From: Tubulanus polymorphus
Lineage: Eukaryota; Animalia; Nemertea
NCBI RefSeq assembly: GCF_964204645.1
Contig: NW_027437444.1
Span: 53,572 to 117,571 of the forward strand
Direction of reading: 5' to 3'
DNA: 64,000 nt
Shown: positions 40,331 through 55,300 of the stretch, piece by piece
Position numbering within the stretch: the first letter of the stretch is position 1
Layout of the letters: every line of letters begins with the position of its first letter
Program-made: the position numbers and the translations under genes
Notes under the pieces: generated by a model
What the model saw: the letters and a program-made list of their open reading frames with translations, nothing else
Told to the model about the DNA's origin: nothing
The model's database searches: none

Positions 40331-43300
40331 TGACAAAGTCGATCCGTAAAAGAGCTCAAATCGTCAGGAAAAGCACATTTCGACCCGATAACGTCGTTCT
40401 CCGCGAGAAAAGACGTTTTCTCATCACATTTTCCCCGTATCGGAAAAATGACAAAGTCGATCCGTAAAAGCGTTCAAATCGTCAGGAAAAGCACATTTCG
40501 ACCCGAAAACGTCGTTCTCCGCGAGAAAAGACGTTTTCTCATCACATTTTCCCCGTAACTGAAAAATGACAAAGTCGATCCGTAAAATAGCTCAAATCGT
40601 CAGGAAAAGCACATTTCGATCCGAAATCGTCGTTGTCCGCGAGAAAAGACGTTTTCTCGTAACATTTTCCCCGTATCGGAAAAATGACAAAGTCTATCCG
40701 TAGAGGCGCACAAATCGTCAGGAAAAGCATATTTCGACCCGAAAACGTCGTTCTCGCGAGAAAAGACGTTTCCTCATCACATTTTCCCCGTATCGGAAAA
40801 ATGACAAAGTCGATCCGAAAAAGCGTTCAAATCGTCAGGAAAAGCACATTTCGACCCGAAAACGTCGTTCTCCGCGAGAAAAGACGTTTTTCTCATCACA
40901 TATTACCCCGTAACTGAAAAATGACAAAGTCGATCCGTAAAAGAGCTCAAATCGTCAGGAAAAGCACATTTCGACCCGAAAACGTCGGTCTCCGCGAGAA
41001 AAGACGTTTTCTCATCACATTTTCCCCGTATCGGAAAAATGACAAAGTCGATCCGTAAAAGCGTTCAAATCGTCAGGAAAAGCACATTATGACCCGAAAA
41101 CGTCGTTCTCCGCGAGAAAGGACGTTTTCTCATCACATATTACCCCGTAACTGAAAAATGACAAAGTCGATCCGTAAAAAAGCTCAAATCGTCAGGAAAA
41201 GCACATTTCGACCCGAAAACGTCGTTCCCCGCGAGTAAAGACGTTTTCTCATCACATTTTCCCCGTATCGGAAAAATGACAAAGTCGATCCGTAAAAGCG
41301 TTAAAATCGTCAGGAAAAGCACATTTCGACCCGAAAACGTCGTTCTCCGAGAGAAAAGACGTTTTTCTCATCACATTTTCCCCGTAACTGAAAAATGACA
41401 AAGTCGATCCGTAAAATAGCTCAAATCGTCAGGAAAAGCACATTTCGATCCGAAATCGTCGTTGTCCGCGAGAAAAGACGTTTTCTCGTAACATTTTCCC
41501 CATGTCGGAAAAATGACAAAGTCTATCCGTAGAGGCGCTCAAATTGTCAGGAAAAGCACATTTCGACCCGAAAACGTCGTTCTCCGCGAGAAAAGACGTT
41601 TCCTCATCACATTTTCCCCGTATCGGAAAAATGACAAAGTCGATCCGTAAAAGAGCTCAAATCGTCAGGAAAAGCACATTTCGACCCGAAAACGTCGTTC
41701 TCCGCGAGAAAACACGTTTTCTCATCACATTTTCCCCGTATCGGAAAAATGACAAAGTCGATCCGTAAAAGCGTTCAAATCGTCAGGAAAAGCACATTTC
41801 GACCCGAAAACGTCGTTCTCCGAGAGAAAAGACGTTTTCTCATCACATTTTCCCCGTATCGGAAAAATGACAAAGTCGATCCGTAAAAGCGTTAAAATCG
41901 TCAGGAAAAGCACATTTCGACCCGAAAACGTCGTTCTCCGAGAGAAAAGACGTTTTCTCATCACATTTTCCCCGTAACTGAAAAATGACAAAGTCGATCC
42001 GTAAAATAGCTCAAATCGTCAGGAAAAGCACATTTCGACCCGAAAACGTCGGTCTCCGCGAGAAAAGACGTTTTCTCATCACATTTTCCCCGTATCGGAA
42101 AAATGACAAAGTCGATCCGTAAAAGCGTTCAAATCGTCAGGAAAAGCACATTTCGACCCGAAAACGTCGTTCTCCGCGAGAAAGGACGTTTTCTCATCAC
42201 ATATTACCCCGTAACTGAAAAATGACAAAGTCGATCCGTAAAAAAGCTCAAATCGTCAGGAAAAGCACATTTCGACCCGAAAACGTCGTTCCCCGCGAGA
42301 AAAGACGTTTTCTCATCACATTTTCCCCGTATCGGAAAAATGACAAAGTCGATCCGTAAAAGCGTTAAAATCGTCAGGAAAAGCACATTTCGACCCGAAA
42401 ACGTCGTTCTCCGCGAGAAAAGACGTTTTCTCATCACATATTACCCCGTAACTGAAAAATGACAAAGTCGATCCGTAAAAGAGCTCAAATCGTCAGGAAA
42501 AGCACATTTCGACCCGAAAACGTCGGTCTCCGCGAGAAAAGACGTTTTCTCATCACATTTTCCCCGTATCGGAAAAATGACAAAGTCGATCCGTAAAAGA
42601 GCTCAAATCGTCAGGAAAAGCACATTTCGACCCGAAAGCGTCGTTCTCCGCGAGAAAAGACGTTTTCTCATCACATTTTCCCCGTATCGGAAAAATGACA
42701 AAGTCGATCCGTAAAAGCGTTCAAATCGTCAGGAAAAGCACATTTCGACCCGAAAACGTCGTTCTCCGAGAGAAAAGACGTTTTCTCATCACATTTTCCC
42801 CGTAACTGAAAAATGACAAAGTCGATCCGTAAAATAGCTCAAATCGTCAGGAAAAGCACATTTCGATCCGAAATCGTCGTTGTCCGCGAGAAAAGACGTT
42901 TTCTCGTAACATTTTCCCCGTATCTGAAAAATGACAAAGTCGATCCGTAAAAGAGCTCAAATCGTCAGGAAAAGCACATTTCGACCCGAAAACGTCGTTC
43001 TCCGCGAGAAAAGACGTTTCCTCATCACATTTTCCCCATATCGGAAAAATGACAAAGTCGATCCGTAAAAGAGCTCAAATCGTCAGGAAAAGCACATTTC
43101 GACCCGAAAACGTCGTTCTCCGCGAGAAAAGACGTTTTCTCATCACATTTCCCCGTATCGGAAAAATGACAAAGTCGATCCGTAAAAGCATTCAAATCGT
43201 CAGGAAAAGCACATTTCGACCCGAAAACGTCGTTCTCCGAGAGAAAAGACGTTTTCTCATCACATTTTCCCCGTAACTTAAAAATGACAAAGTCGATCCG

Positions 43301-46300
43301 TAAAATAGCTCAACTCGTCAGGAAAAGCACATTTCGACCCGAAAACGTCGTTCTCCGCGAGAAAAGACGTTTTCTCATCACATTTTCCCCGTATCGGAAA
43401 AATGACAAAGTCGATCCGTAAAAGCGTTCAAATCGTCAGGAAAAGCACATTTCGACCCGAAAACGTCGTTAGCCGCGAGAAAAGACGTTTTCTCATCACA
43501 TATTACCCCGTAACTGAAAAATGACAAAGTCGATCCGTAAAATAGCTCAAATCGTCAGGAAAAGCACATTTCGATCCGAAATCGTCGTTGTCCGCGAGAA
43601 AAGACGTTTTCTCATCACATTTTCCCCGTATCGGAAAAATGACAAAGTCGATCCGTAAAAGAGCTCAAATCGTCAGGAAAAGCACATTTCGATCCGAAAA
43701 CGTCGTTCTCCGCGAGAAAAGACGTTTTCTCATCACATTTTCCCCGTATCGGAAAAATGACAAAGTCGATCCGTAAAAGCGTTCAAATCGTCAGGAAAAG
43801 CACATTTCGACCCGAAAACGTCGTTCTCCGAGAGAAAAGACGTTTTCTCATCACATTTTCCCCGTAACTGAAAAATGACAAAGTCGATCCGTAAAATAGC
43901 TAAAATCGTCAGGAAAAGCACATTTCGATCCGAAATCGTCGTTGTCCGCGAGAAAAGACGTTTTCTCGTAACATTTTCCCCGTATCGGAAAAATGACAAA
44001 GTCGATCCGTAAAAGAGCTCAAATCGTCAGGAAAAGCACATTTCGACCCGAAAACGTCGTTCTCCGCGAGAAAAGACGTTTCCTCATCACATTTTCCCCA
44101 TATCGGAAAAATGACAAAGTCGATCCGTAAAAGAGCTCAAATCGTCAGGAAAAGCACATTTCGACCCGAAAACGTCGTTCTCCGCGAGAAAAGACGTTTC
44201 ATCATCACATTTTCCCCATATCGGAAAAATGACAAAGTCGATCCGTAAAAGAGCTCAAATCGTCAGGAAAAGCACATTTCGACCCGAAAACGTCGTTCTC
44301 CGCGAGAAAAGACGTTTTCTCATCACATTTCCCCGTATCGGAAAAATGACAAAGTCGATCCGTAAAAGAGCTCAAATCGTCAGGAAAAGCACATTTCGAC
44401 CCGAAAACGTCGTTCTCCGCGAGAAAAGACGTTTTCTCATCACATTTTCCCCGTATCGGAAAATTGACAAAGTCTATCCGTAGAAGCGTTCAAATCGTCA
44501 GGAAAAGCACATTTCGACCCGAAAACGTCGTTCTCCGCGAGAAAACACGTTTTCTCATCACATTTTCCCCGTATCGGAAAAATGACAAAGTCGATCCGTA
44601 AAAGCGTTCAAATCGTCAGGAAAAGCACATTTCGACCCGAAAACGTCGTTCTCCGAGATAAAAAACGTTTTCTCATCACATTTTCCCCGTAACTGAAAAA
44701 TGACAAAGTCGATCCGTAAAAGAGCTCAAATCGTCAGGAAAAGCACATTTCGACCCGAAAACGTCGTTCTCCGCGAGAAAAGACGTTTTCTCATCACATT
44801 TTCCCCGTAACTGAAAAATGACAAAGTCGATCCGTAAAATAGCTCAAATCGTCAGGAAAAGCACATTTCGACCCGAAAACGTCGTTCTCCGCGAGAAAAC
44901 ACGTTTTCTCATCACATTTTCCCCGTATCGGAAAAATGACAAAGTCGATCCGTAAAAGCGTTCAAATCGTCAGGAAAAGCACATTTCGATCCGAAATCGT
45001 CGTTGTCCGCGAGAAAAGACGTTTTCTCGTAACATTTTCCCCGTATCTGAAAAATGACAAAGTCGATCCGTAAAAGAGCTCAAATCGTCAGGAAAAGCAC
45101 ATTTCGACCCGAAAACGTCGTTCTCCGCGAGAAAAGACGTTTCCTCATCACATTTTCCCCATATCGGAAAAATGACAAAGTCGATCCGTAAAAGAGCTCA
45201 AATCGTCAGGAAAAGCACATTTCGACCCGAAAACGTCGGTCTCCGCGAGAAAAGACGTTTTCTCATCACATTTTCCCCGTATCGGAAAAATGACAAAGTC
45301 GATCCGTAAAAGCGTTCAAATCGTCAGGAAAAGCACATTTCGACCCGAAAACGTCGTTCTCCGCGAGAAAGGACGTTTTCTCATCACATATTACCCCGTA
45401 ACTGAAAAATGACAAAGTCGATCCGTAAAAAAGCTCAAATCGTCAGGAAAAGCACATTTCGACCCGAAAACGTCGTTCCCCGCGAGAAAAGACGTTTTCT
45501 CATCACATTTTCCCCGTATCGGAAAAATGACAAAGTCGATCCGTAAAAGCGTTAAAATCGTCAGGAAAAGCACATTTCGACCCGAAAACGTCGTTCTCCG
45601 CGAGAAAAGACGTTTTCTCATCACATATTACCCCGTAACTGAAAAATGACAAAGTCGATCCGTAAAAGAGCTCAAATCGTCAGGAAAAGCACATTTCGAC
45701 CCGAAAACGTCGGTCTCCGCGAGAAAACACGTTTTCTCATCACATTTTCCCCGTATCGGAAAAATGACAAAGTCGATCCGTAAAAGAGCTCAAATCGTCA
45801 GGAAAAGCACATTTCGACCCGAAAACGTCGTTCTCCGCGAGAAAAGACGTTTTCTCATCACATTTTCCCCGTATCGGAAAAATGACAAAGTCGATCCGTA
45901 AAAGCGTTCAAATCGTCAGGAAAAGCACATTTCGACCCGAAAACGTCGTTCTCCGAGAGAAAAGACGTTTTCTCATCACATTTTCCCCGTAACTGAAAAA
46001 TGACAAAGTCGATCCGTAAAATAGCTCAAATCGTCAGGAAAAGCACATTTCGATCCGAAATCGTCGTTGTCCGCGAGAAAAGACGTTTTCTCGTAACATT
46101 TTCCCCGTATCTGAAAAATGACAAAGTCGATCCGTAAAAGAGCTCAAATCGTCAGGAAAAGCACATTTCGACCCGAAAACGTCGTTCTCCGCGAGAAAAG
46201 ACGTTTCCTCATCACATTTTCCCCATATCGGAAAAATGACAAAGTCGATCCGTAAAAGAGCTCAAATCGTCAGGAAAAGCACATTTCGACCCGAAAACGT

Positions 46301-49300
46301 CGTTCTCCGCGAGAAAAGACGTTTTCTCATCACATTTTCCCCGTATCGGAAAAATGACAAAGTCGATCCGTAAAAGAGCTCAAATCGTCAGGAAAAGCAC
46401 ATTTCGATCCGAAAACGTCGTTCTCCGCGAGAAAAGACGTTTTCTCATCACATTTTCCCCGTATCGGAAAAATGACAAAGTCGATCCGTAAAAGCGTTCA
46501 AATCGTCAGGAAAAGCACATTTCGACCCGAAAACGTCGTTCTCCGAGAGAAAAGACGTTTTCTCATCACATTTTCCCCGTAACTGAAAAATGACAAAGTC
46601 GATCCGTAAAATAGCTAAAATCGTCAGGAAAAGCACATTTCCACCCGAAAACGTCGTTCTCCGCGAGAAAAGACGTTTTCTCATCACATTTTCCCCGTAT
46701 CGGAAAAATGACAAAGTCGATCCGTAAAAGAGCTCAAATCGTCAGGAAAAGCACATTTCGACCCGAAAACGTCGTTCTCCGCGAGAAAAGACGTTTCCTC
46801 ATCACATTTTCCCCATATCGGAAAAATGACAAAGTCGATCCGTAAAAGAGCTCAAATCGTCAGGAAAAGCACATTTCGACCCGAAAACGTCGTTCTCCGC
46901 GAGAAAAGACGTTTCATCATCACATTTTTCCCGTATCGGAAAAATGACAAAGTCGATCCGTAAAAGAGCTCAAATCGTCAGGAAAAGCACATTTCGACCC
47001 GAAAACGTCGTTCTCCGCGAGAAAAGACGTTTTCTCATCACATTTCCCCGTATCGGAAAAATGACAAAGTCGATCCGTAAAAGAGCTCAAATCGTCAGGA
47101 AAAGCACATTTCGACCCGAAAACGTCGTTCTCCGCGAGAAAAGACGTTTTCTCATCACATTTTCCCCGTATCGGAAAAATGACAAAGTCTATCCGTAGAA
47201 GCGTTCAAATCGTCAGGAAAAGCACATTTCGACCCGAAAACGTCGTTCTCCGCGAGAAAAGACGTTTCATCATCACATTTTTCCCGTATCGGAAAAATGA
47301 CAAAGTCGATCCGTAAAAGAGCTCAAATCGTCAGGAAAAGCACATTTCGACCCGAAAACGTCGTTCTCCGCGAGAAAAGACGTTTCCTCATCACATTTTC
47401 CCCATATCGGAAAAATGACAAAGTCGATCCGTAAAAGAGCTCAAATCGTCAGGAAAAGCACATTTCGACCCGAAAACGTCGTTCTCCGCGAGAAAAGACG
47501 TTTCATCATCACATTTTTCCCGTATCGGAAAAATGACAAAGTCGATCCGTAAAAGAGCTCAAATCGTCAGGAAAAGCACATTTCGACCCGAAAACGTCGT
47601 TCTCCGCGAGAAAAGACGTTTTCTCATCACATTTCCCCGTATCGGAAAAATGACAAAGTCGATCCGTAAAAGAGCTCAAATCGTCAGGAAAAGCACATTT
47701 CGACCCGAAAACGTCGTTCTCCGCGAGAAAAGACGTTTTCTCATCACATTTTCCCCGTATCGGAAAAATGACAAAGTCTATCCGTAGAAGCGTTCAAATC
47801 GTCAGGAAAAGCACATTTCGACCCGAAAACGTCGTTCTCCGCGAGAAAACACGTTTTCTCATCACATTTTCCCCGTATCGGAAAAATGACAAAGTCGATC
47901 CGTAAAAGCGTTCAAATCGTCAGGAAAAGCACATTTCGACCCGAAAACGTCGTTCTCCGAGATAAAAAACGTTTTCTCATCACATTTTCCCCGTAACTGA
48001 AAAATGACAAAGTCGATCCGTAAAAGAGCTCAAATCGTCAGGAAAAGCACATTTCGACCCGAAAACGTCGTTCTCCGCGAGAAAAGACGTTTTCTCATCA
48101 CATTTTCCCCGTAACTGAAAAATGACAAAGTCGATCCGTAAAATAGCTCAAATCGTCAGGAAAAGCACATTTCGACCCGAAAACGTCGTTCTCCGCGAGA
48201 AAACACGTTTTCTCATCACATTTTCCCCGTATCGGAAAAATGACAAAGTCGATCCGTAAAAGCGTTCAAATCGTCAGGAAAAGCACATTTCGACCCGAAA
48301 ACGTCGTTCTCCGCGAGAAAAGACGTTTTCTCATCACATTTTCCCCGTATCGGAAAAATGACAAAGTCGATCCGTAAAAGCGTTCAAATCGTCAGGAAAA
48401 GCACATTTCGACCCGAAAACGTCGTTCTCCGAGAGAAAAGACGTTTTCTCATCACATATTACCCCGTAACTGAAAAATGACAAAGTCGATCCGTAAAAGA
48501 GCTCAAATCGTCAGGAAAAGCACATTTCGACCCGAAAACGTCGGTCTCCGCGAGAAAAGACGTTTTCTCATCACATTTTCCCCGTATCGGAAAAATGACA
48601 AAGTCGATCCGTAAAAGCGTTCAAATCGTCAGGAAAAGCACATTTCGACCCGAAAACGTCGTTCTCCGCGAGAAAGGACGTTTTCTCATCACATATTACC
48701 CCGTAACTGAAAAATGACAAAGTCGATCCGTAAAAAAGCTCAAATCGTCAGGAAAAGCACATTTCGACCCGAAAACGTCGTTCCCCGCGAGAAAAGACGT
48801 TTTCTCATCACATTTTCCCCGTATCGGAAAAATGACAAAGTCGATCCGTAAAAGCGTTAAAATCGTCAGGAAAAGCACATTTCGACCCGAAAACGTCGTT
48901 CTCCGCGAGAAAAGACGTTTTCTCATCACATATTACCCCGTAACTGAAAAATGACAAAGTCGATCCGTAAAAGAGCTCAAATCGTCAGGAAAAGCACATT
49001 TCGACCCGAAAACGTCGGTCTCCGCGAGAAAACACGTTTTCTCATCACATTTTCCCCGTATCGGAAAAATGACAAAGTCGATCCGTAAAAGAGCTCAAAT
49101 CGTCAGGAAAAGCACATTTCGACCCGAAAACGTCGTTCTCCGCGAGAAAAGACGTTTTCTCATCACATTTTCCCCGTATCGGAAAAATGACAAAGTCGAT
49201 CCGTAAAAGCGTTCAAATCGTCAGGAAAAGCACATTTCGACCCGAAAACGTCGTTCTCCGAGAGAAAAGACGTTTTCTCATCACATTTTCCCCGTAACTG

Positions 49301-52300
49301 AAAAATGACAAAGTCGATCCGTAAAATAGCTCAAATCGTCAGGAAAAGCACATTTCGACCCGAAAACGTCGTTCTCCGCGAGAAAAGACGTTTTCTCATC
49401 ACATTTCCCCGTATCGGAAAAATGACAAAGTCGATCCGTAAAAGAGCTCAAATCGTCAGGAAAAGCACATTTCGACCCGAAAACGTCGTTCTCCGCGAGA
49501 AAAGACGTTTTCTCATCACATTTTCCCCGTATCGGAAAAATGACAAAGTCTATCCGTAGAAGCGTTCAAATCGTCAGGAAAAGCACATTTCGACCCGAAA
49601 ACGTCGTTCTCCGCGAGAAAACACGTTTTCTCATCACATTTTCCCCGTATCGGAAAAATGACAAAGTCGATCCGTAAAAGCGTTCAAATCGTCAGGAAAA
49701 GCACATTTCGACCCGAAAACGTCGTTCTCCGAGATAAAAAACGTTTTCTCATCACATTTTCCCCGTAACTGAAAAATGACAAAGTCGATCCGTAAAAGAG
49801 CTCAAATCGTCAGGAAAAGCACATTTCGACCCGAAAACGTCGTTCTCCGCGAGAAAAGACGTTTTCTCATCACATTTTCCCCGTAACTGAAAAATGACAA
49901 AGTCGATCCGTAAAATAGCTCAAATCGTCAGGAAAAGCACATTTCGACCCGAAAACGTCGTTCTCCGCGAGAAAACACGTTTTCTCATCACATTTTCCCC
50001 GTATCGGAAAAATGACAAAGTCGATCCGTAAAAGCGTTCAAATCGTCAGGAAAAGCACATTTCGACCCGAAAACGTCGTTCTCCGCGAGAAAAGACGTTT
50101 TCTCATCACATTTTCCCCGTATCGGAAAAATGACAAAGTCGATCCGTAAAAGCGTTCAAATCGTCAGGAAAAGCACATTTCGACCCGAAAACGTCGTTCT
50201 CCGAGAGAAAAGACGTTTTCTCATCACATATTACCCCGTAACTGAAAAATGACAAAGTCGATCCGTAAAAGAGCTCAAATCGTCAGGAAAAGCACATTTC
50301 GACCCGAAAACGTCGGTCTCCGCGAGAAAAGACGTTTTCTCATCACATTTTCCCCGTATCGGAAAAATGACAAAGTCGATCCGTAAAAGCGTTCAAATCG
50401 TCAGGAAAAGCACATTTCGACCCGAAAACGTCGTTCTCCGCGAGAAAGGACGTTTTCTCATCACATATTACCCCGTAACTGAAAAATGACAAAGTCGATC
50501 CGTAAAAAAGCTCAAATCGTCAGGAAAAGCACATTTCGACCCGAAAACGTCGTTCCCCGCGAGAAAAGACGTTTTCTCATCACATTTTCCCCGTATCGGA
50601 AAAATGACAAAGTCGATCCGTAAAAGCGTTCAAATCGTCAGGAAAAGCACATTTCGACCCGAAAACGTCGTTCTCCGCGAGAAAAGACGTTTTCTCATCA
50701 CATATTACCCCGTAACTGAAAAATGACAAAGTCGATCCGTAAAAGAGCTCAAATCGTCAGGAAAAGCACATTTCGACCCGAAAACGTCGTTCTCCGCGAG
50801 AAAACACGTTTTCTCATCACATTTTCCCCGTATCGGAAAAATGACAAAGTCGATCCGTAAAAGAGCTCAAATCGTCAGGAAAAGCACATTTCGACCCGAA
50901 AACGTCGTTCTCCGCGAGAAAAGACGTTTTCTCATCACATTTTCCCCGTATCGGAAAAATGACAAAGTCGATCCGTAAAAGCGTTCAAATCGTCAGGAAA
51001 AGCACATTTCGACCCGAAAACGTCGTTCTCCGAGAGAAAAGACGTTTTCTCATCACATTTTCCCCGTAACTGAAAAATGACAAAGTCGATCCGTAAAATA
51101 GCTCAAATCGTCAGGAAAAGCACAATTCGATCCGAAATCGTCGTTGTCCGCGAGAAAAGACGTTTTCTCGTAACATTTTCCCCGTATCGGAAAAATGACA
51201 AAGTCGATCCGTAAAAGAGCTCAAATCGTCAGGAAAAGCACATTTCGACCCGAAAACGTCGTTCTCCGCGAGAAAAGACGTTTCCTCATCACATTTTCCC
51301 CATATCGGAAAAATGACAAAGTCGATCCGTAAAAGAGCTCAAATCGTCAGGAAAAGCACATTTCGACCCGAAAACGTCGTTCTCCGCGAGAAAAGACGTT
51401 TCCTCATCACATTTTCCCCATATCGGAAAAATGACAAAGTCGATCCGTAAAAGAGCTCAAATCGTCAGGAAAAGCACATTTCGACCCGAAAACGTCGTTC
51501 TCCGCGAGAAAAGACGTTTTCTCATCACATTTTCCCCGTATCGGAAAAATGACAAAGTCTATCCGTAGAAGCGTTCAAATCGTCAGGAAAAGCACATTTC
51601 GACCCGAAAACGTCGTTCTCCGCGAGAAAACACGTTTTCTCATCACATTTTCCCCGTATCGGAAAAATGACAAAGTCGATCCGTAAAAGCGTTCAAATCG
51701 TCAGGAAAAGCACATTTCGACCCGAAAACGTCGTTCAGCGCGAGAAAACACGTTTTCTCATCACATTTTCCCCGTATCGGAAAAATGACAAAGTCGATCC
51801 GTAGAAGCGCTCAAATCGTCAGGAAAAGCACATTTCGACCCGAAAACGTCGGTCTCCGCGAGAAAACACGTTTTCTCATCACATTTTCCCCGTATCGGAA
51901 AAATGACAAAGTCGATCCGTAAAAGAGCTCAAATCGTCAGGAAAAGCACATTTCGACCCGAAAACGTCGTTCTCCGCGAGAAAAGACGTTTTCTCATCAC
52001 ATTTTCCCCGTATCGGAAAAATGACAAAGTCGATCCGTAAAAGCGTTCAAATCGTCAGGAAAAGCACATTTCGACCCGAAAACGTCGTTCTCCGAGAGAA
52101 AAGACGTTTTCTCATCACATTTTCCCCGTAACTGAAAAATGACAAAGTCGATCCGTAAAATAGCTCAAATCGTCAGGAAAAGCACATTTCGACCCGAAAA
52201 CGTCGTTCTCCGCGAGAAAAGACGTTTTCTCATCACATTTCCCCGTATCGGAAAAATGACAAAGTCGATCCGTAAAAGAGCTCAAATCGTCAGGAAAAGC

Positions 52301-55300
52301 ACATTTCGACCCGAAAACGTCGTTCTCCGCGAGAAAAGACGTTTTCTCATCACATTTTCCCCGTATCGGAAAAATGACAAAGTCTATCCGTAGAAGCGTT
52401 CAAATCGTCAGGAAAAGCACATTTCGACCCGAAAACGTCGTTCTCCGCGAGAAAACACGTTTTCTCATCACATTTTCCCCGTATCGGAAAAATGACAAAG
52501 TCGATCCGTAAAAGCGTTCAAATCGTCAGGAAAAGCACATTTCGACCCGAAAACGTCGTTCTCCGAGATAAAAAACGTTTTCTCATCACATTTTCCCCGT
52601 AACTGAAAAATGACAAAGTCGATCCGTAAAAGAGCTCAAATCGTCAGGAAAAGCACATTTCGACCCGAAAACGTCGTTCTCCGCGAGAAAAGACGTTTTC
52701 TCATCACATTTTCCCCGTAACTGAAAAATGACAAAGTCGATCCGTAAAATAGCTCAAATCGTCAGGAAAAGCACATTTCGACCCGAAAACGTCGTTCTCC
52801 GCGAGAAAACACGTTTTCTCATCACATTTTCCCCGTATCGGAAAAATGACAAAGTCGATCCGTAAAAGCGTTCAAATCGTCAGGAAAAGCACATTTCGAC
52901 CCGAAAACGTCGTTCTCCGCGAGAAAAGACGTTTTCTCATCACATTTTCCCCGTATCGGAAAAATGACAAAGTCGATCCGTAAAAGCGTTCAAATCGTCA
53001 GGAAAAGCACATTTCGACCCGAAAACGTCGTTCTCCGAGAGAAAAGACGTTTTCTCATCACATATTACCCCGTAACTGAAAAATGACAAAGTCGATCCGT
53101 AAAAGAGCTCAAATCGTCAGGAAAAGCACATTTCGACCCGAAAACGTCGGTCTCCGCGAGAAAAGACGTTTTCTCATCACATTTTCCCCGTATCGGAAAA
53201 ATGACAAAGTCGATCCGTAAAAGCGTTCAAATCGTCAGGAAAAGCACATTTCGACCCGAAAACGTCGTTCTCCGCGAGAAAGGACGTTTTCTCATCACAT
53301 ATTACCCCGTAACTGAAAAATGACAAAGTCGATCCGTAAAAAAGCTCAAATCGTCAGGAAAAGCACATTTCGACCCGAAAACGTCGTTCCCCGCGAGAAA
53401 AGACGTTTTCTCATCACATTTTCCCCGTATCGGAAAAATGACAAAGTCGATCCGTAAAAGCGTTCAAATCGTCAGGAAAAGCACATTTCGACCCGAAAAC
53501 GTCGTTCTCCGCGAGAAAAGACGTTTTCTCATCACATATTACCCCGTAACTGAAAAATGACAAAGTCGATCCGTAAAAGAGCTCAAATCGTCAGGAAAAG
53601 CACATTTCGACCCGAAAACGTCGGTCTCCGCGAGAAAACACGTTTTCTCATCACATTTTCCCCGTATCGGAAAAATGACAAAGTCGATCCGTAAAAGAGC
53701 TCAAATCGTCAGGAAAAGCACATTTCGACCCGAAATCGTCGTTGTCCGCGAGAAAAGACGTTTTCTCATCACATTTTCCCCGTATCGGAAAAATGACAAA
53801 GTCGATCCGTAAAAGAGCTCAAATCGTCAGGAAAAGCACATTTCGACCCGAAAACGTCGTTGTCCGCGAGAAAAGACGTTTTCTCATCACATTTTCCCCG
53901 TATCGGAAAAATGACAAAGTCGATCCGTAAAAGAGCTCAAATCGTCAGGAAAAGCACATTTCGACCCGAAAACGTCGTTCTCCGCGAGAAAAGACGTTTT
54001 CTCATCACATTTTCCCCGTATCGGAAAAATGACAAAGTCGATCCGTAAAAGCGTTCAAATCGTCAGGAAAAGCACATTTCGACCCGAAAACGTCGTTCTC
54101 CGAGAGAAAAGACGTTTTCTCATCACATTTTCCCCGTAACTGAAAAATGACAAAGTCGATCCGTAAAATAGCTCAAATCGTCAGGAAAAGCACATTTCGA
54201 TCCGAAATCGTCGTTGTCCGCGAGAAAAGACGTTTTCTCGTAACATTTTCCCCGTATCGGAAAAATGACAAAGTCGATCCGTAAAAGAGCTCAAATCGTC
54301 AGGAAAAGCACATTTCCACCCGAAAACGTCGTTCTCCGCGAGAAAAGACGTTTCCTCATCACATTTTCCCCGTATCGGAAAAATGACAAAGTCGATCCGT
54401 AAAAGAGCTCAAATCGTCAGGAAAAGCACATTTCGACCCGAAAACGTCGTTCTCCGCGAGAAAAGACGTTTCCTCATCACATTTTCCCCATATCGGAAAA
54501 ATGACAAAGTCGATCCGTAAAAGAGCTCAAATCGTCAGGAAAAGCACATTTCGACCCGAAAACGTCGTTCTCCGAGATAAAAAACGTTTTCTCATCACAT
54601 TTTCCCCGTAACTGAAAAATGACAAAGTCGATCCGTAAAAGAGCTCAAATCGTCAGGAAAAGCACATTTCGACCCGAAAACGTCGTTCTCCGCGAGAAAA
54701 GACGTTTTCTCATCACATTTTCCCCGTAACTGAAAAATGACAAAGTCGATCCGTAAAATAGCTCAAATCGTCAGGAAAAGCACATTTCGACCCGAAAACG
54801 TCGTTCTCCGCGAGAAAACACGTTTTCTCATCACATTTTCCCCGTAACTGAAAAATGACAAAGTCGATCCGTAAAATAGCTCAAATCGTCAGGAAAAGCA
54901 CATTTCGATCCGAAATCGTCGTTGTCCGCGAGAAAAGACGTTTTCTCGTAACATTTTCCCCGTATCGGAAAAATGACAAAGTCTATCCGTAGAAGCGTTC
55001 AAATCGTCAGGAAAAGCACATTTCGACCCGAAAACGTCGTTCTCCGCGAGAAAGACGTTTGCTCATCACATTTCCCCGTATCGGAATACTGACAAAGTCG
55101 ATCCGTAAAATCGTTCAAATCGTCAGGGAAAGCACATTTCGACCCGAAAACGTCGTTCTGCGCGAGAAAAGACTTTTTCTAATCACATTTTCCCCATATC
55201 GGAAAAATGACAAAGTCGATCCGTAAAAGAGCTCAAATCGTCAGGAAAAGCACATTTCGACCCGAAAACGTCGTTCTCCGCGAGAAAAGACGTTTTCTCA

